Assembly (NCBI GenBank): GCA_047967505.1
Contig: CM106538.1
Reading direction: 5' to 3' (one strand)
Origin: Dipteris shenzhenensis
Taxonomy: Eukaryota
Length of the DNA: 64,000 nt
The notes beneath the pieces are model-generated. The model was not told the origin of the DNA and did not search any database. It was given only the letters and a program-made list of their open reading frames with translations. This document shows positions 22,851 through 36,353 of this stretch, one piece after another; within the stretch, counting starts at the first letter, position 1, and each line of letters starts with the position of its first letter. A program made the position numbers and the translations under genes.

Positions 22851-22891
22851 ACGCTCGCTTATTTGGCCTCGCTCGCTTTTTGGTAATCCTC
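22851..22891 (-). repeat. Right imperfect TIR of the MULE
   Basis: Reverse complement reads GAGGATTACCAAAAAGCGAGCGAGGCCAAATAAGCGAGCGT; CGCTCGCT at 22852 and 22870. Confidence 0.85.
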
Positions 22892-22900
22892 CACACAACC

Positions 22901-23600
22901 TTTGCCTTGCCATGAATTTGTGGCACATATGGTTTTTGAGAGGGTGGGTTGAGGAAAAGTACACTTGGCACAAGTTTATTTATTAATCCCCAATTGGTAA
23001 TCATGGATCACCTCGGCCATTCTTAACCAAGACGATCAATGAGTAAGGGATAGGTGTAATGTGTCTTTCCATCTCCATCACCACAAAATTCATCATGATT
23101 GTCAATCCATTCACATGCATTCTTGTGCATTAGCTAGCCCTAATTAAGGTTGCCCCATTCTTTGATTCGCAAGTCAAAGAACAAAATAGTTTTGGTGCCA
23201 CACTACATAAGGATGTTGTGGACTTAAAAATACTTATAGAGGAGAACAACCAACAAGCAATCATCCTTTGTAGGATGGCCTTACAGTATGCATGCACAAG
23301 TGCTTAACAATATTATCCTTGACTCAATCATAATTGGGTCTCATTCATAAGGGAAAACTCTCCCCTGTATGGTAGGTTTGAATGGCTCAATTAATGAATG
23401 AAAAAGGCAATGACCCCTCTAGGCAAGGTTTCTCCTCATAGGCTTTCTCTTCTAGGTTGGAATGGTGATCATATTGCATTTACTTAATTCATAAATGAAG
23501 GTAGGTCATTGCTTTCAAGACAAATGAAATTTGTATATATGAATCCTCATGGACTCTTGACATCGTGGATTGTTCTTCACTCCTTACCCTCTACTCCTTT
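22901..23600 (-). pseudogene. Probable Gypsy gag/protease relic
   Basis: Minus strand ~23100-23010 gives NFVVMEME followed by a decayed YPLLIGRPWL-like retropepsin C-terminal motif. Confidence 0.4.
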
Positions 23601-23606
23601 GAAAGC

Positions 23607-23631
23607 CTCTCTCTCTCTCTCTCTCTCTCTC
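23607..23631. repeat. (CT)n microsatellite
   Basis: About 12 CT units. Confidence 0.9.
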
Positions 23632-24099
23632 ATACCATTGCAAATTGATTGGGTAATATTACCTACTTAGGAGAGATATTTAGAATCTTTGAAAGATTTC
23701 GCTTTAGTATTTACTCATGGAGTGCTTTACTCATGAGTATAGGTTTTTCTAAAATAAGCCAAAAAAGCTGTGATACTTCTCCCAACACAAATAACAAAAA
23801 AACTCCAAGAAATGACCGATCTCATGGGTGATAATGTACCTAAAAAAGACTCCTAATTTTAAGATTTTTTGTATATGGATCAAAGGAATATAAAGTTAAA
23901 TCTTGAAAAAAACATAATGATATGAGTTTCTAGTATGCTTTTTTAATTAGAAAAAACGTGATATGGAGGTAGTACTGTATCTTTTCAGCAAGCAATTTTC
24001 TACTAGCAAAGAGTGGTGTCATCTAAAGGTATTTATTTCTTATATTTGTTCCAAAATCTATCATGAAAGCAACCAAGCTTGAGCCACTTGTATGGTTGA

Positions 24100-24981
24100 A
24101 GGAGGTTAAGGAAGTTGAAAAATCAAGCAAGAAAATTGACTACAAGAAGTGCACAAAGAAAGAAAAGGGTTTTTGGGGAAGGTAAAAAATATGTTGGACA
24201 AAAGGATGTATCATGGTGGGTGAAATTATTTTATGACCAAGATCAAATTCTTGGTAAACTCTAAATAAAGGAATGGGATATGGTCAATCCTTTTTTTGGG
24301 CCAGTTATAAGTCAAAGACAATATCCCTTTCAAATAGATTTTTTATAGTAAAGATGGATAACCCCTTGTGCAATATACCCCAACAAGGGAAGGCCGAGGC
24401 CTAAAACTGAATAGCTTGAAGAGACGTGGAGCGGATACCCCCAATAGACTAAAGAGGGTCATCTTGTGGTTACATTGGCAGAGGATGATAACCTTGGGCA
24501 TCCAATTCAAATTTGTAGAGTCATTGGATTGCACAAGGAAGAAAATGGAAATAATATATTGTCTATCACAATACATTGGTATAAAATAAATTATGAATCT
24601 TCCTTCAAACAAAAATATAGCTTGGAAAAGATAAGTGGGCTACACGAAAGATCAAGGAAAAGGAGCAAAAAACATATAGCACTAGTACACTTAGTCTTGA
24701 TGAAGTGGAAATACTTGCATATGGCTTTACTCTTACAAAGGCAGGACATCTCAGAAATCGACTATAAAATATTTCGATCAGAAAAATTCCATGCTTGCAA
24801 GAGAGCAAGGAAACAAATATGCACCTGGAGTCAAGCACAAAGTTTGGAGAGGCATGCTCTTCATCTTGAAGAAGGCAATGTTATTGTTGATAGTGTAGCA
24901 AAAGATCCTTCTTCCACTTCATCTAAAGATGAAACCAATGTAACCAATGATATTGATGCTCAAGAAACTATCAAAGAGTAG
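24100..24981 (+). pseudogene. C-terminal fragment of a DUF7869-type transposase family member
   Basis: EGHLVVTLAEDDNLGHPIQICRVIGLHKEENGNNILSITIHWYK parallels EGLFVAIWASD..GPIWVAKVDKIERDDKGTPITFTTLWYEP at 54330-54480. Confidence 0.5.
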
Positions 24982-25134
24982 GCAATTTTGAAAATGTACA
25001 AGAGGACATTTTGTTGTTACCTAGTAGCAATCACTTTCCAATGGTTTTTTAAATTTAGAAAATATAATCTATGATCTTTACTTCCAATAATACCACAATT
25101 ATCTTTCTATTTGAGATTCATGATTATGTTAAAT

Positions 25135-25800
25135 TTAGGCCCTTCCAAGTGACATCATTATTGGCAATGTACAAGCATCATGTCGAGAATGCCTCTTTGC
25201 AAATGCACTAAAAATTTGGTCAATATGATCATGAGTATAAATGACAAGTAGAGATTTTACTTTCACTTTGTGGAACACTCCTAAATAGAAGAACAATCCG
25301 ATTCTTATTATCTCGAGCAGTGTTGTCAAGTTTGAAGACAAAGTACCTTTGGCAATGCATGTTCCCAGCAAATGAATTATTGTAATTGTCAAATTTGGAT
25401 ATCATGCACCTTTGGATAAGCAAGTAAGACTTTAGGATGCATCCAATCATTGTAAATAAAGCACCAACCAAATTCATTTGCACTAGAGTATCCCCTGTCA
25501 TCCTTTGGTGACCTAGAGGGTGCTATTCAAGCATCACACAAAGTGTTTTGTCTTCTCTTTTGATAGCTACTACTAGTGGGCCTAGGTTTTTTATAGAGCT
25601 CACCATCTCTTTAGCCCTTACATTGCACAGCAAGATTGATGCCAAGTGTTAGTAGAGATTCGGTTCATGATATTAGGTTCCAAAGAATCAGCTACCAGAT
25701 AATATATGGGTCAAGTGTTGTTTCGATTCTACTACACTCAAAGGTTTTGCACATTCTTTCTTTTCAACAGAAGGAGATGTACATCAAGATAAGGTAGTAA
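25135..25800 (-). pseudogene. DUF7869-type DDE transposase relic (second copy, opposite strand)
   Basis: FKLDNTARDNKN and LGVFHKVKVKSLLVIYTHDHIDQIFS are degenerate forms of the DNxxxENKN..GHTHEDIDQxFS signature. Confidence 0.7.
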
Positions 25801-27061
25801 TGGCTATTATAAACAAAGATATCCTCTTTCACTATGTTCAATGGTTGAAGACACATGCATTGATTGGTTTTGTGCATGGTCCACATCCAAGGCTAGTTGT
25901 CTATTTGGATACCTAGACTAGATCAAATTGGTTCAAAAGTGGCTAGATTGTTAAAACGATCTAATACCTTAAAAGAAGATATTTTCCCTTTCTTTTTTAG
26001 AAGCCAGAGATGGCTTTGAAAATTAATAATTGTACGTTATGGTTCATTAGAAATCCACCATTATATGTGGAAAGTTGGCCCACTTCTATTCCCCTTGCCT
26101 TTCACAGTTAGATAAAGTGCATGTTCTCATAGATTTGAGCAAGGATGAGGTGAGGATCTCCTAGAAAAATTATTGATATTGTCCAAGTCAGCTTCATAGC
26201 CAAGAGTCCAGCCCCTTGTTTATAAGAATTTGCCAGTCTAGGCCACACAATTAAATGTCCAAACATGAAAGGAAATAAGGAACAACAATCTATAGGTTTT
26301 ATACTTTTGAAGCGAAGTTCTCCTCCATCTCAATAATGGTAGGAAGTAAGAAAATTGGAAAAGACTACTTCTCAAGGGACTACTTTGGAGAAGGCCATTT
26401 TGAAGGGAAAACAAGCTGTCAGTAATTCCCACAATGGATAACAATTTCAGCCTCTTATATTAGGTCGAAGATGAGCAGGATGGAGATGTTACTCTATGTA
26501 ATAGCCATCTGATCTATATTCAGAGAAATTAGTAGAGGGGACAGTTTTGCATGGAACATCTAATGAAGATGTGAATATCGTGTCCAATGCTTGGCTAATG
26601 AGGCAAGTGGCATTGTCATTTCAAATAATATTGTCTGTCTAGATGAAGGCATGACAACCACAATCAACATTTCTAAGAAACAAAAAGATGAAATCAGGAG
26701 CCAAAATTTGAAGATCTCTATCTTGTATTGAGAGCTAGAGTTGTGAAAGGTTTTAATGGCTTTTGGCTCACTAAGCTTATGTATTTGTATAGTGATGAAT
26801 TTCTAATAATCCATAATTTCCTCAAAAGAAAGAATATAAATTCGAGAAAGCATGTGACATGCAATATAGCAAGGAAGGATTAACTTAAGGTTGTGTGCTA
26901 TTGGATTTGCATTTAAGGATAGTGAAATCTCAAAAAGGAAAACTTGAGGATCGAAACCTAAACACATATGTGCTGGTCTTCAAAATAGATGCTGTGTGAG
27001 ACCCTATATATAGATATAAAAAAACTAGTAAAAAATATATGAAAATAATTGGAAATATCTA

Positions 27062-27320
27062 TGTGCCAGTGGGGAGTCTACTTATGCCGACTTGTAACCA
27101 CTCACATATAGGTATAAAATACCTTTGAACCATGTGCCAGTGGGTGATCCGCATATGCCGATCGGTAACCACTCACACATGGAAAATGTTAGGTTGTAGC
27201 TTATATGTACTTATTAGTTATAAGAAAATACTTGGCTTTCGCCGGTTGTGGCTTGCATTTGCTAGCTGATAACAACTTGATGAAAGTCTAGCCGGTTGTG
27301 GAGCTCGCAATTGCTAGCTT
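27062..27320. repeat. Two pairs of short imperfect direct repeats (LTR U3-like)
   Basis: TGTGCCAGTGGG..ATGCCGA..GTAACCACTCACA at ~27062 and ~27133; GCCGGTTGTGG..TTGCTAGCT at ~27241 and ~27291. Confidence 0.6.
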
Positions 27321-27517
27321 GTATCAACCCACACATTATACGTTAGAGATCATTGCAGACTAAGTTTGCTTGTAAGAGGAATGAGAGAAAAGTCCTACAT
27401 TATCTCAGAACAATTAGTTGATATTATATAGGTATGAAATAAATGCCTAGACTTACATTAGATATTTTCTAACCTAAGTAGTATCCTTGACTTCATTTGT
27501 TCAAACAAATTTTTTTG

Positions 27518-29351
27518 TTAAGTGCAAATGTAGATATTGCTGGCTACTGCACTAGTGTGTGTGAAATACCGACATTCACGTAGAGAGCATGACAACTTAT
27601 AGGCTTTCTTCTCATCACAATAGCCTAAGAAGATACATTTGGTGCTTTTTTGTTGTAGCTTGTTTCTCTCTTTGTCTAGTACATGCGCATAGGATTCACA
27701 CCCAAACATTGTAAAGTGGGAGACAGATGGCTTCTTACTGCTGTAAGCCTCATGTGGTGTTTTACCTTTGAGTGCCTTTGTATAGCTGTGACGATTAAGG
27801 ATGTAAACCGTAGTATTGATAGCCTTAACCCAAAAGTGGTTTGGCAGTCCAGCACCTTTCAACATACACCTCCCCATCTCCACAATGGTCTGCATTCAAC
27901 ATTTAACAATCGAATTTTGCTGAGGGTATGTGGTGTCATCATTTGTCGCTTGATCCCTTTAATCTTGCAAAAATCTCCAAACTCTGTGGAAACAAACTCA
28001 CCATCACCATCCGATCTGAATTTCTTCACTTTTCTCCCTGTTTCATTTTCAACAAGCTGTAGCCATTCTTTCAATTTACCAAAAGCTTGAGCCTTTTTGC
28101 GAAGAAAGTACACCCACATCTTCCTACTATAGTCGTCAACAATCAATAAAAAATAGGAAGATCCCCCCAGGCCTGTGTAGGCATCTTACTGCACAAGTCA
28201 ACATGCACCAACTCTAGAGGATTTTTTGCTCTATTCTTGCTTCTTGTGGGAATGCCTTTCTTTGTTGCTTGCCCATCATGCAAGCTTCACATGGTTCTTT
28301 GAATTCTGCTACTGTAGGTAAGTGAACAACCATTTCTTGCTTCTGCATCTCCTTCAGCACTGCAAGACCGATGTGCCCAAATCTTTCATGCCAAAGTCTG
28401 CTTGTGTCCACTCCAGCAGTGGCTATAAGAGCACTTAGATCATACAGGCTGTTCCTCCTTACTCCTATGCCAACAAGATTTCCAGCACTATCTAGAATTT
28501 TTTCTCTTATCTTGTTGAACCTCACCTCATGGTCAAGGTCAGTTATGGAAGCAACTAATAGCAAATCTCTCTTGATTTGTGGAACATAGAGCACATTAGA
28601 TAGTTTCTTAACATCTCCGTTTACAAAAACAAATGAAACCATACATGTATCCTCAAGAGGGCATTTTGCGTTATTTCCAACCATCACGGTGATGGGTTCC
28701 TGTAGAGGTTGCATAGAACAATATAGACCCTTCTTGTAGGTCATGTGATGGGAGGCACCACTATCCACCAACACCCATGAATTAGTGGTTGACGCTTCTT
28801 GAACTGAGGAATACTCTTCCTCAATGGCCAGAAATAGATCCAACTCTACTTCCATTGTGTTAGTTGTCTCTTTTCCCTTATCTGTCTTCTTCAGGGTACC
28901 ATTCTTGTCATCTGCTTTCTTAACCCGACAATCTGCAATTGCATGGCCCTTCTTCTTGCAGTAGAAGCATTCTCCTTGAAACTTCTTTTTGCCACCCTTC
29001 TTCTTTTGTCACCACTAGTAGAGGACTCACCTTTGGTGGAGGAACCACCTTTGCCTTTTGTAGTGGCAAAGAACACATCATCCCCATTGCTGCTTCCATC
29101 TCGAGCTTTAAGCCTCAATTCCTCCTCCATAAGTAAAGCACAGAACTCCTCAAATGACAATGGTTGGGGTCTCACCTGAGTGTTAAGTGCTGTTACCAGT
29201 CCATCAAACCTTGGTGGACATATTCGGAGACATCATCGAGCTAGCTCTTTGCTAGTATTTTGTATCCCAGCACCAGCCATGTGTTCACATAGATTTTTGA
29301 TTCGAGTTATGAACGCCTCCACTGTCTCTCCTTAATTAAACTTCTCAGCCA
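27518..29351 (-). pseudogene. Ty1/Copia gag-protease-integrase relic, related to Copia A
   Basis: LVDSGASHHMT (protease), LWHERFGH..CEAC (integrase HHCC), IVDDYSRKMWVYFL, RSDGDGEF. The gag segment PLSFEEFCALLMEEE resembles Copia A. No LTRs found. Confidence 0.85.
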
Positions 29352-30607
29352 TGTCAAGACACCATCAAAGCAAAGGATGTTAAAATGTAAGACATGTGAT
29401 GAATTAAAAAATGCCATTGAACATCGTAAATGTGAGCAATAGCGAGGAAGATATATTAAATGGTGATCAATCCATTTACATCATGTACAAGATGCTCAAA
29501 AGTTGTATGCTTCTTGGAGAGAGGAAGCTATTTCACATGTTGATAAGTCCATGTGCATCACCATTGATGGCATGGAACAGAATACCACAACTTTGCCATG
29601 ATATAGACATATCCCACCCGCATTGGAGGGCAAACGTGGACTAAAAACACACTTGTGTGGAGTATTAGTACATGGATACCGAATCTTTTGTGATGTATGT
29701 ATTGATATTTTCCATGACCATGATAGTAACCAGGTTGTTACATCAATCATGAAAGCAATAAGAAAGGTCAGAGATGCTCACGGATGTTTACCTAACACAT
29801 TGCGAATACAAGCTGATAATTGTTGGAGAGAGAACAAGAATAAATATATATTTGCTTTATGCTCTATGCTGGTTGGTTTGAAAACATTTGAAGAAGTGGA
29901 AGTTGGCTTTCTTCTTGTTGGCCATACACATGAAGACATAGATCAAATCTTCAGTGTTATCTCTAGTGAGTTGAAGTCAATGGATTTTTTGACAATGGAG
30001 GATATGCTATTTCAAATTGGGAAAAAAATTGGAGGGTCTCGCAAGAAAGAATCATAAGTGGCTATCTTGGAGAGGATGGTAGATTGGAGAGCATTCATAG
30101 AGCCACATTTACAAGTAGGAGATGATGCCCTCATAGGACACACAAATCCACACTACTTTTGGTTTCACATGCATAACAATATTCCAGTGATGCAATGGAA
30201 GCACTACTCAGTAGATGGAGATCATTTATGGGGTGAGTCATATGCTTTATTACAACAAATAATTCCATTGGAGGAAACTAGATTTGTTCTTGCAAAAAAC
30301 AAATCACTTGACATAGATGAAATAAAAGGCTTGAAAGCCTTCATTAAACATCTTTAAAGTATGATGCAAAAATATCCAGAGCAATCAACTAAGAATTTGG
30401 AGACAATTAAATCAACTACAGCACTTATCCAATCTTTAAAAAGACAAGAAAACTTAATGAGCATTAAATGCTGTGAATCCTTTTGGCTGGAACAAGCTAG
30501 GTCACCAAGTTTTCCTTTGGATATAAATATGTTAGTAGATATGGAGGAAGCAGAGGAATGCCTTTTACCTCAAAAATATTGTGGCAGGAAGGGAGACAAA
30601 CCCTTAC
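29352..30607 (+). pseudogene. DUF7869-type DDE transposase, 5' part (interrupted at 30607 by CACTA)
   Basis: KCKTCDELK, TIDGME, and IQADNCWRENKNKY..FLLVGHTHEDIDQIFS; in-frame stops at 30055 and 30355. Confidence 0.8.
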
Positions 30608-30699
30608 CACTACTACACACGGATCCTATTGCGACATTTACGTACCGATATTTAGCGCATGCGGGGTGCTAATCGTCAATATGAAAAGCGTGTCTCGTA

Positions 30700-30825
30700 A
30701 AGCGTCGCTATATAGTGACATTAGATAAACATCGCTATATAGCGACTATTACAAAAGTCGCTATATAGCGACTTATCAGTGTCGCTATATAGCGACACTA
30801 AGATACTATTTTATAGCGACGTTTT
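30700..30825. repeat. CACTA subterminal palindromic repeats (GTCGCTATATAGCGAC), left
   Basis: About five copies, e.g. near 30704, 30731, 30757 and 30781. Confidence 0.9.
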
Positions 30826-30994
30826 CCAGTTTGTTTTTTAAATTCATATAGGCCTTAAAAGTTAGTTTTTTCCAATGAATTTTTTTTTTAAATTTTCATA
30901 CATGTTTGATCTTATAGAGAATAAAAATATGAGAGCATGTACATCAAGCCTTTGAAGCTCATATATTCATGTCCAAGTTTGAGATGAAAAAAAT

Positions 30995-33900
30995 TCAATT
31001 AAGAGCATTTACATCAACAGTTTCATCTTGAGCCAAGTCTAAGGCGCCAAACAAGTCTATCTCCAACTCTATACCGAGTTGATCTCCTATATCATCATCG
31101 TACTCTAGCATCGTACGTTCATCGAAAAGTACTTGATCATCTTCTTCAATAAAGTGTGGTGATTCTTGATGATCGTTGTCTTCTTCCTCAATACTGTGAT
31201 CTCCATCTTTCTCCCGTGTGATGTCATTATGCGCATCTTCCTCTTGGCTCATATTGTGATCTTCATCTTCTTCGCTAGATTCATCGGGATCAATTGGATC
31301 CGGCATTGGTAGTGGCATCTCCATATCCACATCTCTATCTTCAAAAATTTGCTTACTTCGTGGTGCAATTTGGATCATGTACAACCATCTTCGATCAGAA
31401 CGATCTGGATGCAAAACCACCTATATTGAAGATGGGTGCCAAATGTCATCAATTATATATATGAAATTATGCTCAAGTACATGTATCAATGGATCTTTAA
31501 AAACTAAAGCTTTGATTAATTAAATCATTAGTATGCACTTGCTCACAGTGCTCGGGAAGAACAAAAGTATCATTTTCATCGGTCCAATGTTTGGTGGAGT
31601 CTATTGCAAAGAAACCGCTACTATCTTTTCTCACTGTCGCATGGGGACCGTTGTAAATAGTTCTAAACCATTTTACATCAAGAATGAAAATACTAAATCG
31701 TCTGAAATCAACTTCATAGATGTCACGTATGGTTCCACAATAATCCAACTGCGAGAAGAGAAAATTGGTATCCGAAGCACTTGCTCGGCTATCTTGTGTG
31801 AAGTTAGCCATGAATCCACAATCATACGTGACTCTCTTTGAATCGATGCGTTCCATGTGAAAATGTCATCCATATGACCATAATGCACTGTACTTTTTGT
31901 ACTGTAAAAGAGCATCATTAAAACAATGAAGATGCATCTATTTTATAGCATATATTGCCACAAATAATTACTTAACTATGTCAAGAGGTAAGAAACTTAC
32001 ATGCACCATACATCCAGATGATAACTCTCGCTCGTGCTTGTTTATTGTCTCTCCATCGTGTTTGGCTTTACGTAAAGCTAGTTGTAGCCAATCAAGTGAT
32101 GTGAGTGGGGAGAAGAGCCAGATCCCGTGGATATGGTTGCGATCGCCTATACATTACTCTGAATCTCGTCCTTGCATTTATTCTTTCTACTTTGGCCACT
32201 TCATATCTCTCAATCCACTTCTGCATCTCAGGGCTATTGAGGATACAAAACTTATTGAATTTCTCCATTTTCTCTTCGCTCATCTTTCTTTCAATCCCTT
32301 TTCCTTGGGGAACCTCGCCAACGATGCGATCATCATCCTTGTTATGCCAAGCTTGCGGCATATCGGGATCTGTGGATGCAAGAAACTCTGTGATATATAC
32401 TAATGACTCTTGCACAAGCCATCCCTTTGCAATGCTTGCTTCTAGTCTTGCTCTTTGTCTTACAAATCCCTTTAAAGTTTTCATAAACTACTCGAGAAAA
32501 AACATCCATCGACTATGAACGGTACTTGCAATAGCCACCTCATCAAATATGTGCACAAGCAAGTGGACTTGAGTTGTCATGATGCTCGAGGGAAAGTGCT
32601 TCTCAAGCAAGCATACGGCTTCGATGGATTCCACCCTAGCCTTCTCGATGCTCGATATGGAGGTCTCTTTTTGAGATGTCCACCTATTTCACATGTCCAT
32701 GTAAGATATTTTCATATTCAGTATACAGATTAATCAGCCTAAATTGAAGAAAATGCAATCAATGCGATTTGATAGTAAGCATACCTCACAATACCACAGA
32801 TCTTGAATATAGCATTTCTAACATCTTCTTGTAAGCATCCTTTTATTGTAATTGGGAGGATGAACTATCAAAGCAACAAAGAAGTCATGTCAACAATATA
32901 ACATAATCATAATTTCGCTAATGTATCATGATTATCAGTACACTAATTCTACTTAGAATACTTGTAAGACCTTGTGCCAATCATGGGACTTGAGCCCACT
33001 AAGCTTATTGTCCTTTGAAAATGCTCCTTTCAGGCAACGCATGTACCTTGTCAGTGTTTGAAAAGAGGCAATGTCTGCCTTGATCGATGCCTCCTCCCTT
33101 GTAGAGAGGATCCACGTTGCTTTTGGGAGGACAACTTTTCCCGAAGCATGCACTTGGGGCCACAAACAAGACATCCTATTCATAGCACGCAAGTCTTCTT
33201 GCACTCCTCTTGAGTCTTTGGAACCAACCAAGTGTGCCCAAATAGTAGTCCCCACATTCTTAAAGATATGCATGGGATCCAAGAGATGATTGATTTGTAA
33301 CTGACCCCAATAAGGAAGCTCGTGAAAGATCGATAGCCTCTTCATACCAGGAGGAGGTTCCTCTCCATTTGCCCTCCAAGCTTGAATCCAATCACTTGCC
33401 TTCAAATATGATGGTGGTGGATCAAGCTGACCTCCACGTGCGAGATGGTCGAGTGGAAGGTATCGAGCATGACCTTCATAAACATTTTTCCTCATATGTT
33501 TGGAGTAGTGTGCAAGCGATTTCAAAACCGGTCCACAAACAGGACAAGCATGGTACCCACTTGTAACAAGTCCTGCACGCGTGCATGAATGTGTTAGTAT
33601 AAGACATGCATGCAAAAGAGTCATAAAAGCATAATCCCTCATTATAAATGTAGAGACACAACCATGTACTTGCGCACTCTCCATATCCTAGGTAGTCATG
33701 CATGGTCCACATCAGGATACCCCTGACAAATATCATTGTTATGTCTAGGAGCTCTGGAAATATCAAAGACCTGCACTTCTCTCCATAATATCTGTAACTC
33801 CTTTATCAAAGGTGCCATGTACACGTCCATATTTTTTGCCTTGTACTTTCCTGGCACAAGTAGTGCAAGCATGAGGTGTCCCTTTTTTATTGTTAGCCAT

Positions 33901-35120
33901 GGTGGGATATTGTAATTCACCATGACTATGGGCCATGTCGACCAAGATGTCGAGCGTAACCCGAAAGGATTCATGCCATCGATGGCGAGCCCAAGATGTA
34001 AGTTGTGTGGCTCCCTCGCAAAGCCCGGTCACTAATTATCTATGTGCTTCCAAGATGCACAATCTGCGGGAATCCTCAATGTGTCATTGTTGGACCGATG
34101 AGATGCATGCCATGTCATCAACTTTGCTATGAATTTGCATCAGAACATGTGTTGTATTCTTGCAATGATGGGAAAGTGTCTCAAGACCTTTATCGGTATT
34201 CACTCACCTTGCAAGTCATCTCTATGTCATTGTTCCCCACACTTTGGACAACTAGCCAAATCTCCATGCTCACGACGAAAGAGAATACAATCATTATGGC
34301 AAGCATGGATGGTATCATAATCCATACCCACTGTTGTTAGCATCTTTTTTGCTTCATCTCTTGATGCAGGCATGGTATTTGGTGCAAGCAACATCTTCTG
34401 GAGCAACCTATGACAATTCAAACATACATGGGCTTCGAACAATGATGATTCAGTATACACTATCCAAATGATGTTTCTCAAAACAAACATGATGATTCTC
34501 AAAACAAAAAATATCTGAATAATGAGTCAAATTAATGCAAGAGCTAACCTCATTAAGGCCGAGACACTTGTATCCAACCACCCATACTTTACTTGCAGAT
34601 TCAAGATTTAGAGACAATCACGTAGTTTAGACATCCTAGCACCCTTGTACAATTGTGTTGATTGCAACTCTCACATTTTGACCTCAGACTCTGACATCAC
34701 ATGTACATGGGATGTAGTGCCCCTTAAAATAGAATCCCATCATGTCGACCATACCCTCATCATCATCCAGGAGACTATAGTCTTGCTCAAAGTGTGAAGG
34801 TATATGCATACCCTCGTTAGCCTCCTCATCTTGTTTTAAGATTTCGTGTAAATATAAGATCTTGTATTTCTTGGTATCCAATAAGACTGTGAACTTAAAT
34901 AGCTTTAACTTACTGATAGTCCATCAACACGCGCAACACCAATGATGGGTACTGGTTTGGGCTCCTCCCCATACATCCACAAGTGGTGCATGATAATATG
35001 ATGTTGATGTCGTACTTCTCGCTTGCAATGAGTGCAATGATAGTATAACCTCTCCGTAAGCCACTTTGTGCTCCTAGGCATTGGTGCATCATCAGACGAG
35101 CTTCCACTCGTCCCTTCCAT
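30995..35120 (-). pseudogene. CACTA/En-Spm transposase (Tnp2 type), multi-exon, with frameshifts
   Basis: IHACHNDCILFR..CPKCG; DGMNPF..STWPIVMVNYNIPPW; WTMHDY; GYHACPVC; LDPMHI; GLKSHDWH; LKGFVRQRARLEASIAKG; YCGTIRDI..DVKWF..DSSGF. Confidence 0.9.
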
Positions 35121-35957
35121 CTACACTTATAAAATCACAACATAAGTTGCAAGAAAATATATTAACAGTTATAAAATAGCATCTATGAGCTTCCCTTCAA
35201 CTTAGAACAAAAAGTGTCTTAAAGCATCACTATATAGTGACGTTTTGCTTTGTTCTATCGCCATACAGCGACGCTTTTAATTAAAAACATCGCTATATGG
35301 AGATGCTGTGGGTTAAAACCAAAACCCGATGCTATGTGTAGCGCTTTCTTTAGCACTCTCTAATCTTTCAAGTAAACAAGGCAATCTCTCCTCCCACCTA
35401 TTTCCAATGACCTCCCACCTATTTTCGACAACCTCCCACTCTATTCTCCACTCCTCACCCTTCTCCTAGCTCTTGTACTCCCTCTCCACCCTTCTCCCTC
35501 TTTGGTTTCTTGAAAGGAAGTTTTTTAAGAGGTGAATCTATTTCAACAATGTAGGTTATTTGTTTGTGAGCTTTAGTTTTGTGAATGCTTCTCCTTGTAT
35601 TGCTAAACCTGTAAACTAGTTTTCATGCTTGTTTTCAAAGGATTGAAACAAAAAACGAGATTTCAAGAAAGAAAGAAGACTCACCTCTTCTTTCCCTTTT
35701 TTATATTTCTCTTCCTTGTCTTCCTCCTTGTCTCCTCAATCTTCTCCTTTCAAGAAGTTACTTTTGTAATCTCCTCCTTTAACATCTTATTTGAAAAATG
35801 GTATGTTTCCTCTCTTTTATAGGGCCAGTCCACAACACTGAGCGGGATGTACTATTTCAAGTAAGTGCTTCCTCTTTTTTCCATTTGTTATTTTTGTTAT
35901 TTGCATCGGCCTGCAGCTAGCGCCTTAAGTGCTAGCTGCAGTGATGGGAATAGGAAC

Positions 35958-36325
35958 CCTCTCTTTCCCTCTCTTTCCTCTTCTTTCCCTCTTCTCTCCT
36001 CTTCTCTCCTCTTTTCCTTTTTCTCTCCTTCAATCTTTCAATCTCTTTCCTCCTCTTTTCCCCTCTTTCCTTTCCCTCTTCTTCTCTCTTTCTTTCCTTC
36101 TTCTTCTCCCTTTTCCTCTTTTTCCCTCTTTCCTTTCCCTCTTCTTCTCTCTTTCCCTCTTTCCTTTCCCTCTTCTTCTCTCTTTCTTTCCCTCTTTTTC
36201 CCTCTTTCCTTTCCCTCTTCTTCTCTCTTTCCCCCTTCTCTTATGGTCATGCATAAGCATAAGCATGAGCATATGTCTCCCTCTTCTTCTCTTTTCTCCT
36301 CTTTTCCCCCTCTTTTCCCTCTTTC
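35958..36325. repeat. Polypyrimidine (TC-rich) low-complexity tract
   Basis: Mostly TTTCC/TCTT units over ~370 bp, interrupted by a CATAAG/CATGAG repeat. Confidence 0.9.
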
Positions 36326-36353
36326 ATGCTCATGCATAAGCATAAGCATGAGC

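Larger units (their letters stand above)
10129..22891 (+). mobile_element. Complete Mutator-like element (MULE), 12,763 bp, carrying accessory genes
   Basis: Identical 9-bp TSD CACACAACC at 10120-10128 and 22892-22900. Both ends read GAGG-N10-AGCGAGCGAG in inverted orientation. A MULE DDE + SWIM transposase lies inside. Confidence 0.9.
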
